A DNA stretch of 64,000 bases, taken from assembly GCA_012295275.1 (NCBI GenBank), contig CM022665.1, forward strand, positions 11,470,001 to 11,534,000, written 5' to 3'. Below the pieces are notes generated by a model. That model searched no databases. It saw nothing but the letters and a program-made list of their open reading frames with translations, and was not told where the DNA came from. The DNA comes from Chrysomallon squamiferum (taxonomy: Eukaryota > Animalia > Mollusca). Every line of letters begins with the position of its first letter. The first letter of the stretch is position 1. A program made the position numbers and the translations under genes. Below are positions 47,391 through 61,763 of the stretch, piece after piece.

Positions 47391-49754
47391 CTATTTATTA
47401 ACTTTTTTTTTTTTTTTACAGAATCATATTTAACAGAAACATTTGCTTTCCAATGTTTGTATTTCGAATAGACAATGGATGAATTAATGAAGGATTATAT
47501 GAATGGATAGATGAATGTGTGAGTGAATGAATGAAAGAATGAATGAATGTATGCATGAAATAAAAAATGAATGAATGTTTTGGTAAGTTAATTATGTAGC
47601 TTGGAAAGGAGTGGGATAGTAACTCAAAGAGAATAATGTATATTTGCACTTACATATGTATGTATGTATGTCTGTATGTCTCTATGTATATATATTTATG
47701 TATGTATGTATGAATGTATGTATGTATATATGTATGTGTGTATGCACTTAACATATATATATTTTTAGGAATGAGTAGTCTGTTTATGTATGTATGTATG
47801 TATCTATGTATGTATATGTGTGTGTGTATTGTGTTTGTATGTATAAATGTATGTATGTATATATGAATGTACATACATATATATGTATGTAAACTCAGAT
47901 AATACTGAGAAATCTCTCCAAACAGAAACACGAACCTGTGATCCTTGCATAAATATTAATTGAAACAGCATCAGAATGAGCCAAACTAATCCACACTCTT
48001 TATGCATAATCATATGATTACAGATCAAAACACTTTATGGCCAAATTATCTCATACAATTCTGTGCCACCACCATCTTTACAAAGCAGTACTGCTGAGCT
48101 TCTGTATGAAACAGTCAGTCAGAATTGATTAAATCTGTCAGAAGAGTTGACTACACAAGTGATATGTCTATGTGTTTTCAAATCCATTATTTGCAGATAT
48201 GACATCAGCTGAACAACTAAAACCAGACCTGTGAACAGCGGATCAGCTCGTGCAAAACAAACCTGAAAACGATTTTATAATCTTACTGAAAATTTATTAT
48301 TTTGAGATTTTAAAATAAAGTCTTTTTTTTATGGATAGATGTATGCATGTGTGTATATGAGTGTATGTATATATGTATGTATGCACAAATGTACATATGT
48401 GTTTATATGTGTCTATGTACATGAATGTATGTATGTATGTGTGTCTGTATGTACATGTATGTGTATATATTAATGTATGTACATACGCACAAATAACAAT
48501 AAACAAGTCAGTTAATCTAAAGACAGTAAATGGTTATACTGTTTATCTGTGTTTACATATATATGTGTGTGTGGTTATGTGTGTGTGTATGTATGTGTGT
48601 GTGTGACTTTGTCACTAACTGTTGTTATGAAAACTCCATGATCAACTCCTCATTATTGATTTAATAATTTAAGCCATGTGAATTATCACTATTTAAACAA
48701 ACCACTACTGTATTATTTGTGTAGATATTCTAGGTAATATGAAAATATGTTTATTATTGATCTAATTATCTTTGTTCTAACAGGCACATTTGTTTTCTGT
48801 TCTCAGAACCTGTTCAGTTTTCTTCAAGTATTTGTTTATTGTTTAATGTTGATCAATATTTTAATGTATTCTCACTAGTGTGTGGATCTCACTACATAAT
48901 TACTTTTCCTTTTATCCATTCTTCAAAATAAAAAGCATTATTATAAATACTATTATTAAATTAGTTTTGTTAAAAATGTATATTGTGTTGTAGGAATGAA
49001 AAAACCATAGAGGTTTTTTTTAAAAATAAGTGTCATTAATAAGGTGCTTGTTTTTTTTGTTTTTTTTTTTTTTTTAAATTGGACGAAAATATTTGTAAAA
49101 TAATTAATTATATTTTAAATGCCTAATTAAATAAATAATTAAAAATTAAAAAGTAGTTACTTGTAAATTTGTGTGTGTATGTGTGAATGAATGAATAAAG
49201 TGTTTATATATATTTATGTATGTACATCTGTACATATGTATCTATGTGTGTGTGTGTGTAAGTATTATGTGTGTATCTCTCTTTCTCTCTCTCTCTATAT
49301 ATAAATATACACACACACAGATACATATACATAAACACATACACATATACACACACACAGACACACACACACACAGATGCACACACACACAGATGCACAC
49401 ACACACACACACATTTTAAACCACAAAAATTTCTTCTACTTCAACAATTATCTGTCACGAGGAAAGCAATGACTTTGCTGTCAGACCTGAGTTTGATCCT
49501 GAGTATAATTTATTTTTATATGTCATATTAATAGATGTCACAGCAAACATACATACTACATTATTCATTTATTTTACTCTCACAGGTCAGTCATTTGAAC
49601 AGATGTTAACTTAGGAATGATATATCTAATTATGTGATGATAGGAGAGAAACCATTTATTTGTATTTCTGACTCCATTCATGTATTTACATGTATAGGAT
49701 TCTTTCTGTCTATTTCTCTCACTCTTTCTCTCCTTTCAGTATATAATTTTATGA

Positions 49755-50170
49755 GCATGTAACAGTAACAAACTAAATGGACATGTAACTGTATCAAATT
49801 AAGAGAGCATGTAACAATAATAAATTAGATGGACATATAACACTTACAAATTAAATGAAAATATAACAGTAACAAATTAAAAAGACAGGTAACACATAAA
49901 TTAAATGGATGTAACAGTAAAAATTAAGTAGACATGTAATGGTAACAAATTAAACTGACATGTGACTAATGAATTAAATCAATGTAAAGTAACAAATTAA
50001 ATGGACATGTAACGGTAACAAATTAATCTGACATGTAACAATAACAAATTAAATGGACATGTAACAATAACAAATTAAATGGACATGTAACAGAAATAAA
50101 TTAGATGGACATGTAACAGTAACAAATTAAATAGACATGTAACAGTAAGAAATAAACTGAACATATAACA
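49755..50170. repeat. 26-bp minisatellite, about 16 copies
   Basis: Unit acatgtaacagtaacaaattaaatgg. Confidence 0.9.
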
Positions 50171-50508
50171 GACATTTATTGATTTGGTTTCATTTATTTC
50201 AGTTTGTCTCTCTTTTTTTTTTTTTTGTAAGAACATTTATCAGATGGTTTGTTCCAATTAGCCTCATGCTGCTCTCTGAAATTTGTTATCATTTATTAGA
50301 TTATTTACTATCTTTTCTTGCTCTCTGGCATGAGCTCTGTGGAAGCTGAATGGCTAGTTTTTAGATTACTGAAACAACTTGAAAGATGAAGTATCTTATT
50401 AGTCATGATGTTGGTTTTGTGGATATTATTACTTTTTTTTTTTTTTTTTACACACCATGGAGAAAAACAATGTGTATTGGATTCTGGTTTTTGTAATTTC
50501 AATAAATG

Positions 50509-50547
<39 letters not shown>

Positions 50548-51136
50548 TTATTTATTTTATTTATTTTTCATTTTTATAAAGAAACTATTTTCTTGTGTTT
50601 TTCATGAATAATTAATCTTGTGAAATGCCAGTACATATAACAATGTCTCTTTCACATTTTATGGAAATCAATAATATTTTTAACTTTTTTTTAAAATTAA
50701 TTAATTAGTTGTTTATGACACACAGTGAGATCTGCTTTATACAATCCAACAAAAACACAGAGACATATATAAAAAAAAGTAAATAAATGAGTGAATAAAT
50801 ATACTGATTAATAATAAATGAATTGATAAATAAGTAAACAAATAAAAAAAACAAAAAAATAAGAATATTTAAATAAATAAATAAATAACTACAAAAATAA
50901 GACTATAAATAAAATAAGTAAATAAATAAAAGAAACAATCTTGAAACAAATGATAATAAATAATCAAATAAACAAAATAAATAAATATTAATAATGAATA
51001 ACTAAATAACAAAAAAGGGATCAACTGAAACTATTTCAAGGAAAGACCTGAATAATTTTCCAATTAGCTGCTATAATGTTATCAGAGCTTAATGTTAATA
51101 AAAGTTATACATTTTTGTATCTTCTCTCTGTCTCTT

Positions 51137-51168
<32 letters not shown>

Positions 51169-51378
51169 CCTTAACACATTTTTTAGAATCGTTGCCAAAA
51201 CAACAACATTCTACAACAGCTAAGATAAATATAACAGAGTGAACTCCATCTGACTTGTAAGTACTTGAAAAAATTCTAAATGTTAACATAATATCATCAC
51301 TGATTAAGTGTTAAAGGCAGTAAACATTCAAAAAGTCATTTGATATATATAATTCTTATATCTGTATGTGTGTGTATA

Positions 51379-51484
<106 letters not shown>

Positions 51485-51954
51485 CTGTGTGTTTGTATGA
51501 GTGTGTGGAAAAAGTTAAGGTATGAAAATAGGTGAATGTGTGCATGTATGTGTTTGTATTATTATAAAGAGACAGAAAGATGGCATGAAAGAAAGAGACA
51601 AAGAGAGAGGGGGTGTGTGCATTTATATGTTTTCCACCCTTCATTACTATTTCTTGAGCACAGACTGAACGTTAGGTAACCAGCCTCTGATAAAACATTA
51701 CCATTCACTTTCCATTACAAACGTGATTCATTCACTCGTACATTGCGTCTTGTGCTGTTTGTTTTCACCCATGTTTCTCTCGAAACTGAACATTACAATC
51801 CGATGTTTTATGACAGTTATTTGACCTGACACTGGTAACTGTTAGTTTTAGACAATCCTGTGTTTGCCTTCACGAGTTGTTCTCTTCACCTGTCACACCT
51901 AATAACTTGTAATTTCTCTTAAAGTTTTATTTTATTTAACAACCTTACAAAATA

Positions 51955-52256
51955 CAGGCTGATGATCCTTTATCCAAAATTCCGAAATATGAATCCTTTT
52001 TGGGCTGATGAGATTGTGATATATTATAATTTTCTGATAGATGTGGCATTCACAAACCTTATTTCACATACAAATGTATTACAAATATTATATAATAAAT
52101 CTGTAGACTATTTGTACAAGCTGTTTATGAAAAACCAATGAGTTTTAGACATTAATGATATTCTAATGCTACATCCTTAAACTGCAAGATCAAAAAAAAT
52201 TGGAAATCTGAAACATTTCCAGTCCCATGCATTTTAGATAAGGAATTCTCAACCTG
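51955..52256. mobile_element. Tigger4/Zombi-like pogo MITE, 302 bp
   Basis: Ends CAGGCTGATGATCCTTTATCCAAAAT and (reverse complement) CAGGTTGAGAATTCCTTATCTAAAATGCATGGGACTGGAAATGTTTCAGATTT. TA flanks at 51953-51954 and 52257-52258. Family assignment is from recalled similarity to Tigger4/MER46 ends. Confidence 0.8.
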
Positions 52257-52309
52257 TACTTTCATTTTCTATCATTTTATTTCAAATGCTATTTACAATA
52301 CAGTTTTAA

Positions 52310-52490
52310 GAAGAAATCTTATGTATTTTTCCATTAACAGCAAGATTTTTTTTGTGTGCAGCTTTCACCAGACAGGCTAGATTATACCATAGCTTTTAAT
52401 GACTATTCATGGGGACACTGATGGACTGGGACATAATATCTCAGCCATATGAAATTTTTTTTATCTTAACACTATATTCACCTCCGTAGT
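52310..52490 (-). mobile_element. Decayed SINE fragment, antisense
   Basis: cagcaag...cagacagg...ataccat...cactg is the reverse complement of motifs in the SINE at 59541-60236 (cagtg...atggtat...cctgt...cttgctg). Similar fragments lie near 21370-21560 (+) and 28540-28720 (-). Confidence 0.5.
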
Positions 52491-53030
52491 TGTTATTTTT
52501 CTTTTTTTCTATCTTTAATTTCCAAATGGATCAAATTAGCATTTTCAAACAAATTTCTTTTTTTTTCTTTAATCTGTAATTTCGAAATGGACTACACAAT
52601 TAAGCTGTGTTCAGGCATTAACGTTAACAACAGTGATGTTATTTCTCTTTTTTTAACTTTATTTTCAAAATAGACTAGTGAGTTGTTGTAAATGCAAACA
52701 TCAATGTGACCAAGAAGTTTTTTTTTGTAATTTTTTTCTTAACTTTAATTTGTAAATAATATACTGCACAGTATTTACTGTTCTATATCCACTCAAAACA
52801 TTTTTACTTTTTTTTTTTTTCATTTTCTAAGTTTTAATATCATAATGAATTTCTCAGTTATCATCAAACCAAATGTTATTGTTATCAACAATGATAATGT
52901 TTTCCTTTTTTTTTTTTTTTTTATCTTTTATATCAAAATGGATGATTATAACTGTGAATCCAAACATTACTGTTTTTCATATTTTTTCCTTTTTTTCTTA
53001 CCACTGCTTTCAAAATGGACTACATAATGT
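52480..53030. repeat. Degenerate tandem repeat
   Basis: Recurrent ttttttaactttaatttc.aaaatggact motifs. Confidence 0.5.
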
Positions 53031-53414
53031 CTGTCTCAATGTTAATGCCCTACCATAGATGTGATGTCCTGTGAGATTTCTGATAGATAAATGTGTTTAT
53101 ATCTAACTGAGATGGGTTACTGCCTGTTATTGATTTCTCATTGTTTTATTTAACTGCATGTCAATAAGCTTGGTGCTGTGGCAAACAGTTTCTAAACAAC
53201 TAGCTGTAACAAATAAATGACATTCCTTGTTAACATGACAGAGAACATTTTATATTTTGTACAAGTACAAGAATATATATTTATTTTTCTTGTTTATTTA
53301 TCTATTTATATTATTAATGTTTTTGTTGTTATTGTTATTACTATCATTATCATCATCATTGTTGTTGTTATTTGGATTTTTATTGTTGTTTTCTTGCAGT
53401 TGTTACTGTTATTG

Positions 53415-53448
<34 letters not shown>

Positions 53449-54381
53449 TTACTTACTTACTTACTTTTTACAGATTTTAAATATAATAATAATTTTTGGA
53501 TACCCAAATTTATAATTAATTTAAGTTAGTTGTTGTTGTTTTCTTTTGTATTTATTAATTTTTATTTATTTATTTTATTATTATTATTATTATTATTATT
53601 TTAATTTAATTTATCTTATTTATTTATTAATTTATTTGTTCTTTTAAACAGCAAATAATAAGATAAGGGAATAAAATTTTGTTCCTTATTACAAAAAAAT
53701 AAAAAACAGTTATGGGAAGACATTTTTTCCAAAATATTTACATTTATATAAATACAAAATATTAATCACAGGGGCAAAGTTAGGTCAGCATTTGTGTTAT
53801 GATCTCTTCAAATAAATACCAGGCAACATTTTGAAAACACACTTAACAGATATTCATCTACAATGTTTGTATCAACCTTCCTTTCAGCACTGGACAATAA
53901 AGTTTATCTTCATTCTGTGTATTTAAACTTTTTCCTGTCACTTGATATGTAAATACAAAAATATAAAAATAATCTCAAATTGGCTCATATGTAAACTCAC
54001 ACCTTTAACATATATATTTAGTGAATGTTCAAGTATTTTTTTTTTAGTATTTTTTTTATTAAGCAAACAGGAAGATCTTCATAAACAGGAGTGTGGTGTT
54101 GTATTGGACAGAAAGATTCTGTGGTGAGTAGTGGTTAAGATATTAGAGATGGAAGTGGAAAACACAGAAATGTTTGGTACAGTTTATAAAATTAGTTTTG
54201 ATGTATTCTTAACAGACACACAAAACACACACACACACACACACATACATACATACATACATACATATATAGTACCTGCCTGTCTATCAATCTGACTTTT
54301 CTTTATTATCTCTCTCTATATCTGTCTGTCTGTCTTTCTTTCTGTCGGTTTGTCTGCCTTTCTTTATACCTATCTATCATT

Positions 54382-54439
<58 letters not shown>

Positions 54440-55232
54440 GACAGAGAAATATATATATATGTAGTTAGATAGATAGATTGACAGATGGATGAACAGATAG
54501 ATAGGTAGGTAGGTAGGGAGAGACATACAAATATAGAAAAAGAGAATATGTTTGGGTAATCTGAAGTATCAGGTAAACAAAATGTCATTTAAATATAAAT
54601 AGTTTTAAATAGCTATAATGTTAAAATAAAAATTAAAGTGTGTAATTAAATATTCAGGAAAATTTAAATTTAAATAATGTTAATAAAAAATTGCATGGTT
54701 AGTAATATATCTGTAGCATCTTTGAAAAAGTCAAAAACGGAAAACAAACAAACAAAACTAACAACAACAAAATGTATCATTAGCTGTTACATTAAGAATA
54801 CAATAATTTTTATTAAAGTAAAAACAACAAAAGAAAAAACTTCTGCTGGTCTATTGATAACGTAATTTCTCTGACTGGGGCAGACACTGAGTTAAAGATT
54901 TACCTGCATACTTAATAATTTCAAAATCTTTTTAAATTATAAAATATTACACTGCTAAACTGGAGTATATAATTTTACTGAAAATGTATTACTTCCCTCA
55001 ATCTCCAAATAAAATTTGCATTTCAATTATCTCCCCCATTGCCTTCTCCATAAATAAAGATAAAACTTGTATTTGGATCCATGCACAGTTTTAAACAATA
55101 AATATATTTTGCATCTGAATTACCTCCTCCAGTCATTTCTGTATACATGTAAATGGAGAAAAAACTTTTATTTCAGTCCATATATAGATTTTAAAGAATA
55201 AATATTTAGTGCTATATACATTTACATTAAGT

Positions 55233-55572
55233 CTTTTAAACAGAATGCAATCGTTCTGTTTCAGTCTACATTCATTATTTTAAACAAAACATAAATCTTT
55301 CTTATTTCATAGATAATGTGGCAGTTTAAAACTATGTCCACTATTTTAAACAAAAGATATTCTTTGTTATCTTATAGATAATGTCACAATTTAAATTTGT
55401 ATTTTAAACAAAACCAAAAACAATAAATCTTTTTTTATCTCACAGATATATTCACAATTTAAATCTATGTTCCCTATTTTAAACAAACGATAATCGCTGT
55501 TATCTCACAGATGTCATCGGTTTAAATTTGTATTCTGTGTTTTAAACAAAAAATAAATCTTTCTTATCTCAT
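55233..55572. repeat. ~60 bp tandem repeat, about 6 copies
   Basis: Recurrent ttttaaacaaaa.ataaatctttcttatctcatagat..tcacaatttaaat. Confidence 0.75.
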
Positions 55573-57210
55573 CGTCCTTTTATATTTGTGGAGAGGATTG
55601 TATATCTGTGTTGCTGTTAGCACATGTTCAGCTGAATGGATAAACAGCATTACACTGTGTGTGAACAATGAAATACGGTAATGACATCGCAAATAGGAAG
55701 ATGGTGCTTGGCTCCAGAAAAGATTTCTCTTGTGTCTGTCCATGTTTACATTTTCACACTAAAATGTCTGAAACATTATACAGGCTATCTGTGTTTCTTG
55801 CTTGAATTAGTGAACAAATTGTTTTGGTGTGCATACTTTGCATGGAGTGGTGATTTTAAAACATTATGCAGATGGTAAGACTGAAGAATGATGAAATGAC
55901 AAAAATGATTAATGCTGTACTCTTTATCAGATTTAAACTGCTCATGGGTTATTAATTAAACAGACTGATAGTCTGTGGCTGGACAGATGAATGGAAGATT
56001 AAACTGAATCAGACTGTCTCATTTTGACAGATATGACATTAACTCTGAATAAATATATCATTAATAATGAATGATAATCCCTTTTTCTATAGTTATATGT
56101 GATTTGAAAAGTACTAGCCAGCTAATCTTTCTATTAATGCTGAAATCAAGATTTTTGTTTTTATTTTCTTTTTTGAATAAATCTTCTTTTACTACAGTAA
56201 AAATAATAATAACAACAACAACAGCAATAATAATTATAATAATAATAATAATAATACTTAATTTTAATAATAATAAATTAATAATGTTTATAATGATAAC
56301 AATAAACTAATAATGTTAATGGTGATAACTTTTAATTTTTTAATGTATCTTTTTACATGTTTTTTTAATCATACAACATGGAAATTAAAACTAATGATGA
56401 TGATGATGATACACTAATAGTAATATAATAATAATAATAATAAATTAATAATGTTAATAATAAGTTTCATATACTGTTTCTGAAAACAAAACCAAAAAGT
56501 ATTTTTACAATTTTTATTTATATTTGTGTCATGTGTGTTTGTGTATGTGTCTATATTTCCATGCATGTGTGTGTGTTCAGTGTAATTTTAACTGTATGCA
56601 GTATCTCATCATGTTAGTTATTAAATTTAAATTCACTTAAATCTTTTGTTATTGAAATAAATATTTTTTAGTTTATTTTTGCAAATGAAAAGAGGTAAAA
56701 AAACAAACAATAAAAAAACAAACTACAGGCAAGTTTATTTATAATTATCAAAATAATTTTTAAAAATATCAGAATTTCTTTTACACAACCCCATCCTATT
56801 TAACAAAACAAGATAACTTTATTAAAATTTGTTTTAAATTTTGTATTATTATTAACATACTGCCATAGATACACACACATGCACATTTATACATTGACAT
56901 ACAAGTGAGCACACACACACACACACATACACACAAACATACACATTCGCCTAAAAATAATTATTTTACTATATTAATTTTCTTTTATGGTTTCTGTAAG
57001 CCCAGATCAACCATACAGCAGAAATGGTTTGCTGTCAAATCTGAGGTTAACAACCTCTTTAAGATAACTAATTACACTGCTAGGCTGTTTGCCAGCACAG
57101 TTAGTAACAGGCTGATTATCTCAGCAAGAAATAAATTTACCTAAAGCGATATGTTGTGTGTGTGTTTGATAGTGTCTGTGGATGTATATGTATGTATATG
57201 TGTATGATAG

Positions 57211-57245
<35 letters not shown>

Positions 57246-57600
57246 ATGTATTCATATATGTGTTTATATACATGTGTGTGTGTGGATATACATATGTAGA
57301 TATTTTGTCATACTGTGTTCACAGCAATTAATCAAAGAAATAGTAGTTTTAACTGACAGTTGATTGATTAGAAATATTTTTCTCCTTTTGTTTTTCTCTG
57401 TGTTGGATTTGCTGGTAATGATATATTTTGCATTTTGATTTGTGGATTTATTTATCTATTAAATTTTTTTATATATCTATATATTTAATATGTTTTCATA
57501 AATATTTTATTTTATTTTATTTATTTTCAATTTTATTATTATTATTATTTTTAATTTATTTATTCTTTTCTGATAAAAAAAAAAAAAATTAAATTAAAAG

Positions 57601-57645
<45 letters not shown>

Positions 57646-58078
57646 GCTGCCACCCCCCAACATAAAAGTTTAAATTTTTTTTAAAAAGTCTCTATAAAAC
57701 TTTGCACAATATTTTTTATTATTTTTTATTTATTTAATTTTTTTTTATAATTATTTATGTTTTATGTTCATATCTTACATTACTACTTTAAATAGAACAA
57801 TGATTTAAAAATAAATGTAAGTGATTATACATGTAGCTTTGTGCAGAAAAATTTGGTTTGTGGCTTCACCCAAAATGTACAAAATATTTGCAGTTTCCAT
57901 CTTCTGTATTGTAATTTTATTTAGTAATAAACTGACTTTCCTTTATTAATATAAAACTGAAACTTCCAGAATATCTGAACATTTTATCAGAAACAACAAA
58001 AAAGTAAAACCAGTCTATTCTGTTGTTTCTTGTATGTCTATAATTTTATATACATTGTGCATGTGTCTGTCTGTATGT

Positions 58079-58134
<56 letters not shown>

Positions 58135-59004
58135 ATATATTTATATAACAAAATAGTATATTTATTTATTTCTATATTATTTTAAGGGCATCTGTTTCTT
58201 ATGGTTTTTTGTGCTTTTTTTTATTATTAAAATCATTATTTAACAGTAATATGAATTGTATTATTATTTTGTTATTATTTATTTTATTTTATTTTATTGT
58301 AAATCATTTACATCATACACTTTTATTTTATTTCTTTATTTCTTTTTCCTTTTTACTTGATTTTATAAATATAAATATAATAATTACTCTGCATACTAAT
58401 ACTTTTTATTTCATCCCTATTTCCTGATCATATTTTATTTTTTAAAAGTAAATTAAAAAATATGGTAATGTCACAAACAGTAAACACATTATTATAACCA
58501 GTGTAGAGAGATCAGTTTAGTATGTACGATGTCCTAGTAAAAACGATTTTCTATCGGAGAGCAAAGTTTAAGTCCATGACTTTTAATATAAGCGGATACG
58601 AGATCATATACTCATTTCATTTACATGTATTGAATCTCAAAATGACAAAGCATTTTGAAAGCTTTTAGTGAATGAACTGTCACTTCTGAGACTAATTATT
58701 TTATCTTCATCAAACCCATCCAATAATGAACTTATAACATGGCTGACTGTCTGCATGTTTGTCAGGTCTGTCTTCACAATCACCAACCTTTTGCATTTGC
58801 ACAATTGAAACCTGACAACATATCTCTCTTCACAATGACCTTTTGCACATGCATATCACTAGATGCCATGTTACAAGCTCATTATTTGATGGGTATGATG
58901 AAGGTGTCATGAAATATTTCAAGAAGTATGAATTCATTGACATTTTTCAAAATATCTCATGATATGCTTGTCAAAATAGGACAAATAATTATTGTATTGA
59001 TGAA

Positions 59005-59525
59005 GTTTGTAATAATGTTGATAAAGATCGTAATACATGTTGATACAGTTCATAATGTATGTTGATAAACCTTACAATGTATGTGTTGATAAAGTTTATA
59101 ATGTATGTGTTAATAAAGATATGTTTTGATAAAGTTTATAGCCTATGTGTTGATATAGATCATAATATATGTATTGATGCAGACCATAATATATGTATTG
59201 ATGCAGATCATAATGTAGGCAGTGATAATGGATATGTTGATTAAGTTTATAGTGTATGTTGATAAAGTTTATAATACATGTACTGATGATGTTGATCATT
59301 GTTTATAGTGTAAGAAGTATTGATATAGTTCTTAATGTGTTGTTAAGTTTCATATGTTGAAAAAATAATGTGTTGATGAAGTTCATAGTATATATATATA
59401 TATATATTGATAAACTTCATAAAATGTGTTGATAAAGTCAGTAAGATTTTGATAAAGTTTATGATATATTGTGTCAAAAAAGTTCATAATGTATTGATAA
59501 AGTTCAGGATAGTTATATATGTTGA
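59005..59525. repeat. ~21-26 bp minisatellite
   Basis: Recurrent gttgataaagttcataatgtat. Confidence 0.8.
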
Positions 59526-59540
59526 TGATATAATATGGTT

Positions 59541-60236
59541 AGGCTCTAGTTTAATGGAAGAAGCGTAAGAATGAGGCATGACAGACCACAGGTTCAATCC
59601 TTTTCAGAGTGTTCATTGTGTTGTTTCACATTCCAGTTAGTGCTCAGTGATTAGTTTACAAAAGACAATGGTATGTACCATCCTGTATGTGGAAGAAAAA
59701 AATTCCTTGCTGTAAAGTGAAAAAAAATAAGCATTGTGTATGGTGAAAATGTATTTTTCTCTCTCTAATTATTTATTTATTGCTTATATATATAGGTATA
59801 ATGCCATTCAAATGATGTTTGAAAAATTTCCTTGCTGATAATATGGAAAAGAATAACCATTGTGTATGGTGAAGGTCTGTTTTTCTGTAATCATTTATTT
59901 GTTATGTAAATATAGGTATAATGCCATTCAGCTGTAGATAAAAATATTGATGGAAATACAGGATCCCTTGCTGTTTACTGAAAAAGAGTAACAATTGTAT
60001 ATTATGGAAGTGTGTTTTTCTCTCTGTGATTTAACCAATGATATAATGCCATTCAGATGTAGATTAAAATGTCTATGTAAGTACAAGATCCCTTGCTGAA
60101 AAAAGAGTAACATTTGTGAATGATGCTAGTGTGTTTTTTCTGTCATTAATTGTACTATCCTTAACCACAGGTTCAGAGATGCCATACAACCATAGGTTAT
60201 AGAAGTGTTAAATAAGAAACATTCTTCTTCCTTCTT
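59541..60236 (+). mobile_element. Decayed tRNA-derived SINE with a 4x internally amplified segment
   Basis: A-box-like TAGTTTAATGG (59547), B-box-like GGTTCAATCC (59591-59600), a body with ccttgctg repeated at 59705, 59830, 59966 and 60091, and a tail ttaaataagaaacattcttcttccttc. Confidence 0.6.
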
Positions 60237-60477
60237 CTCATGAGTGATACTGTAGAAATGTTAAAGTAATTTTAAAATTATTTATTGTCTGAAGCAGTAA
60301 GTATTAAGTTTATTGTTTCCTTGAAGATTACTGACATCATAGTTACACAGCAGAGTCAAAACAAAAGATTTGCACTTTAAATTTCAAATTTTCAGAATGT
60401 AATTCATTCATTGTTTATTAAACTGATTAATAAAATATGCTTTATATAAATACTTTAAAAAAATAAAAAAATAAAAA

Positions 60478-60531
<54 letters not shown>

Positions 60532-61763
60532 TTATAAAAATCTGGAAATAATGTAGATAATAATTATAATACCAACAATAACAAGTAAATAAAAAACAAC
60601 AAAATAAAAAATAAATAGATAATAAAAAAAATAATAAAAAACCAATATGAAACAAAATAATGAACAACAATAATAATAAAATGAAAACACAAAGCAGTGA
60701 TATTTTTAAAATATAAGTTCTTATTTGGATTTTCATTATCAAAAACAATAACAAAATAAACAAGTTAAATTTTATATATAATGTAAGTATGCGTTGATAC
60801 TTTGGAATGCACCTTCAATGACATATTCATAAAACCATGAAAATCAGAAATATTCTGAACAATAAGCCATATATATTAATATATGAAATCATTTTAATAC
60901 TTAATTTTAATTTATATATATAAATTAAAACCAACTGAAAAAATACCATATTTTACAGTTTCGAGTTCAGTACAATTTCCATACTTCATATTTCAAAAAG
61001 TATTTATATTTTATAATAATATTAATATAATTATTAAGTACTGTATAAATAAAACACTGATTATATAACTTAAAACATAACACTGATATAATAACAACAA
61101 TGATTCCGTAAAATATAGGAGGTAACTTAAGAAACAATATATATATAAAATTATATATACGCAAATATGTATATATATAGATATATATATATTTTTTAAA
61201 CAAATTTATTAAGGAGGTAACTTAATGTATTGGTTTGAAATTGGAAATAATGTGATAAGAATTATAACATTGGTTGTGTTTATGTAACAACTTCAAAACT
61301 ATTAATAGTTTAATGTTCTTTACAAATGCTGATATTTAGTCAGCATATATCTATATCTATACAGTATTAAGCCTATATATTGTAAGTGCTGAATTCCATT
61401 CAACACTTTGCTGAACACATCACTTGAACTTTTGTATTCTCCAGCCAGAAAAATCAACAACAACAACAGCCTCATAAACAAATGAAAAACACAAAATGGC
61501 AACAACAAGAACAAAATAATAATAATTAAATTTTTTTAAAATAATTTAAAATTGTAAAATGGAAATATTAATGGAAATCAATGAAAAAGTTTACTTAGGA
61601 ATGTCTTAAGAAGGCCTCTTTAACAAGTTTTAAAACATGTCCTTTCTGACTGCACTAACAGGTAAAAATGCAACAACAGAACAAAAAAGTATAGATATTT
61701 TCAAAATAATGACAAAGTTTCTATTATTATGGCAGTAATCTGGTTTGTTATAAACAATTATTA

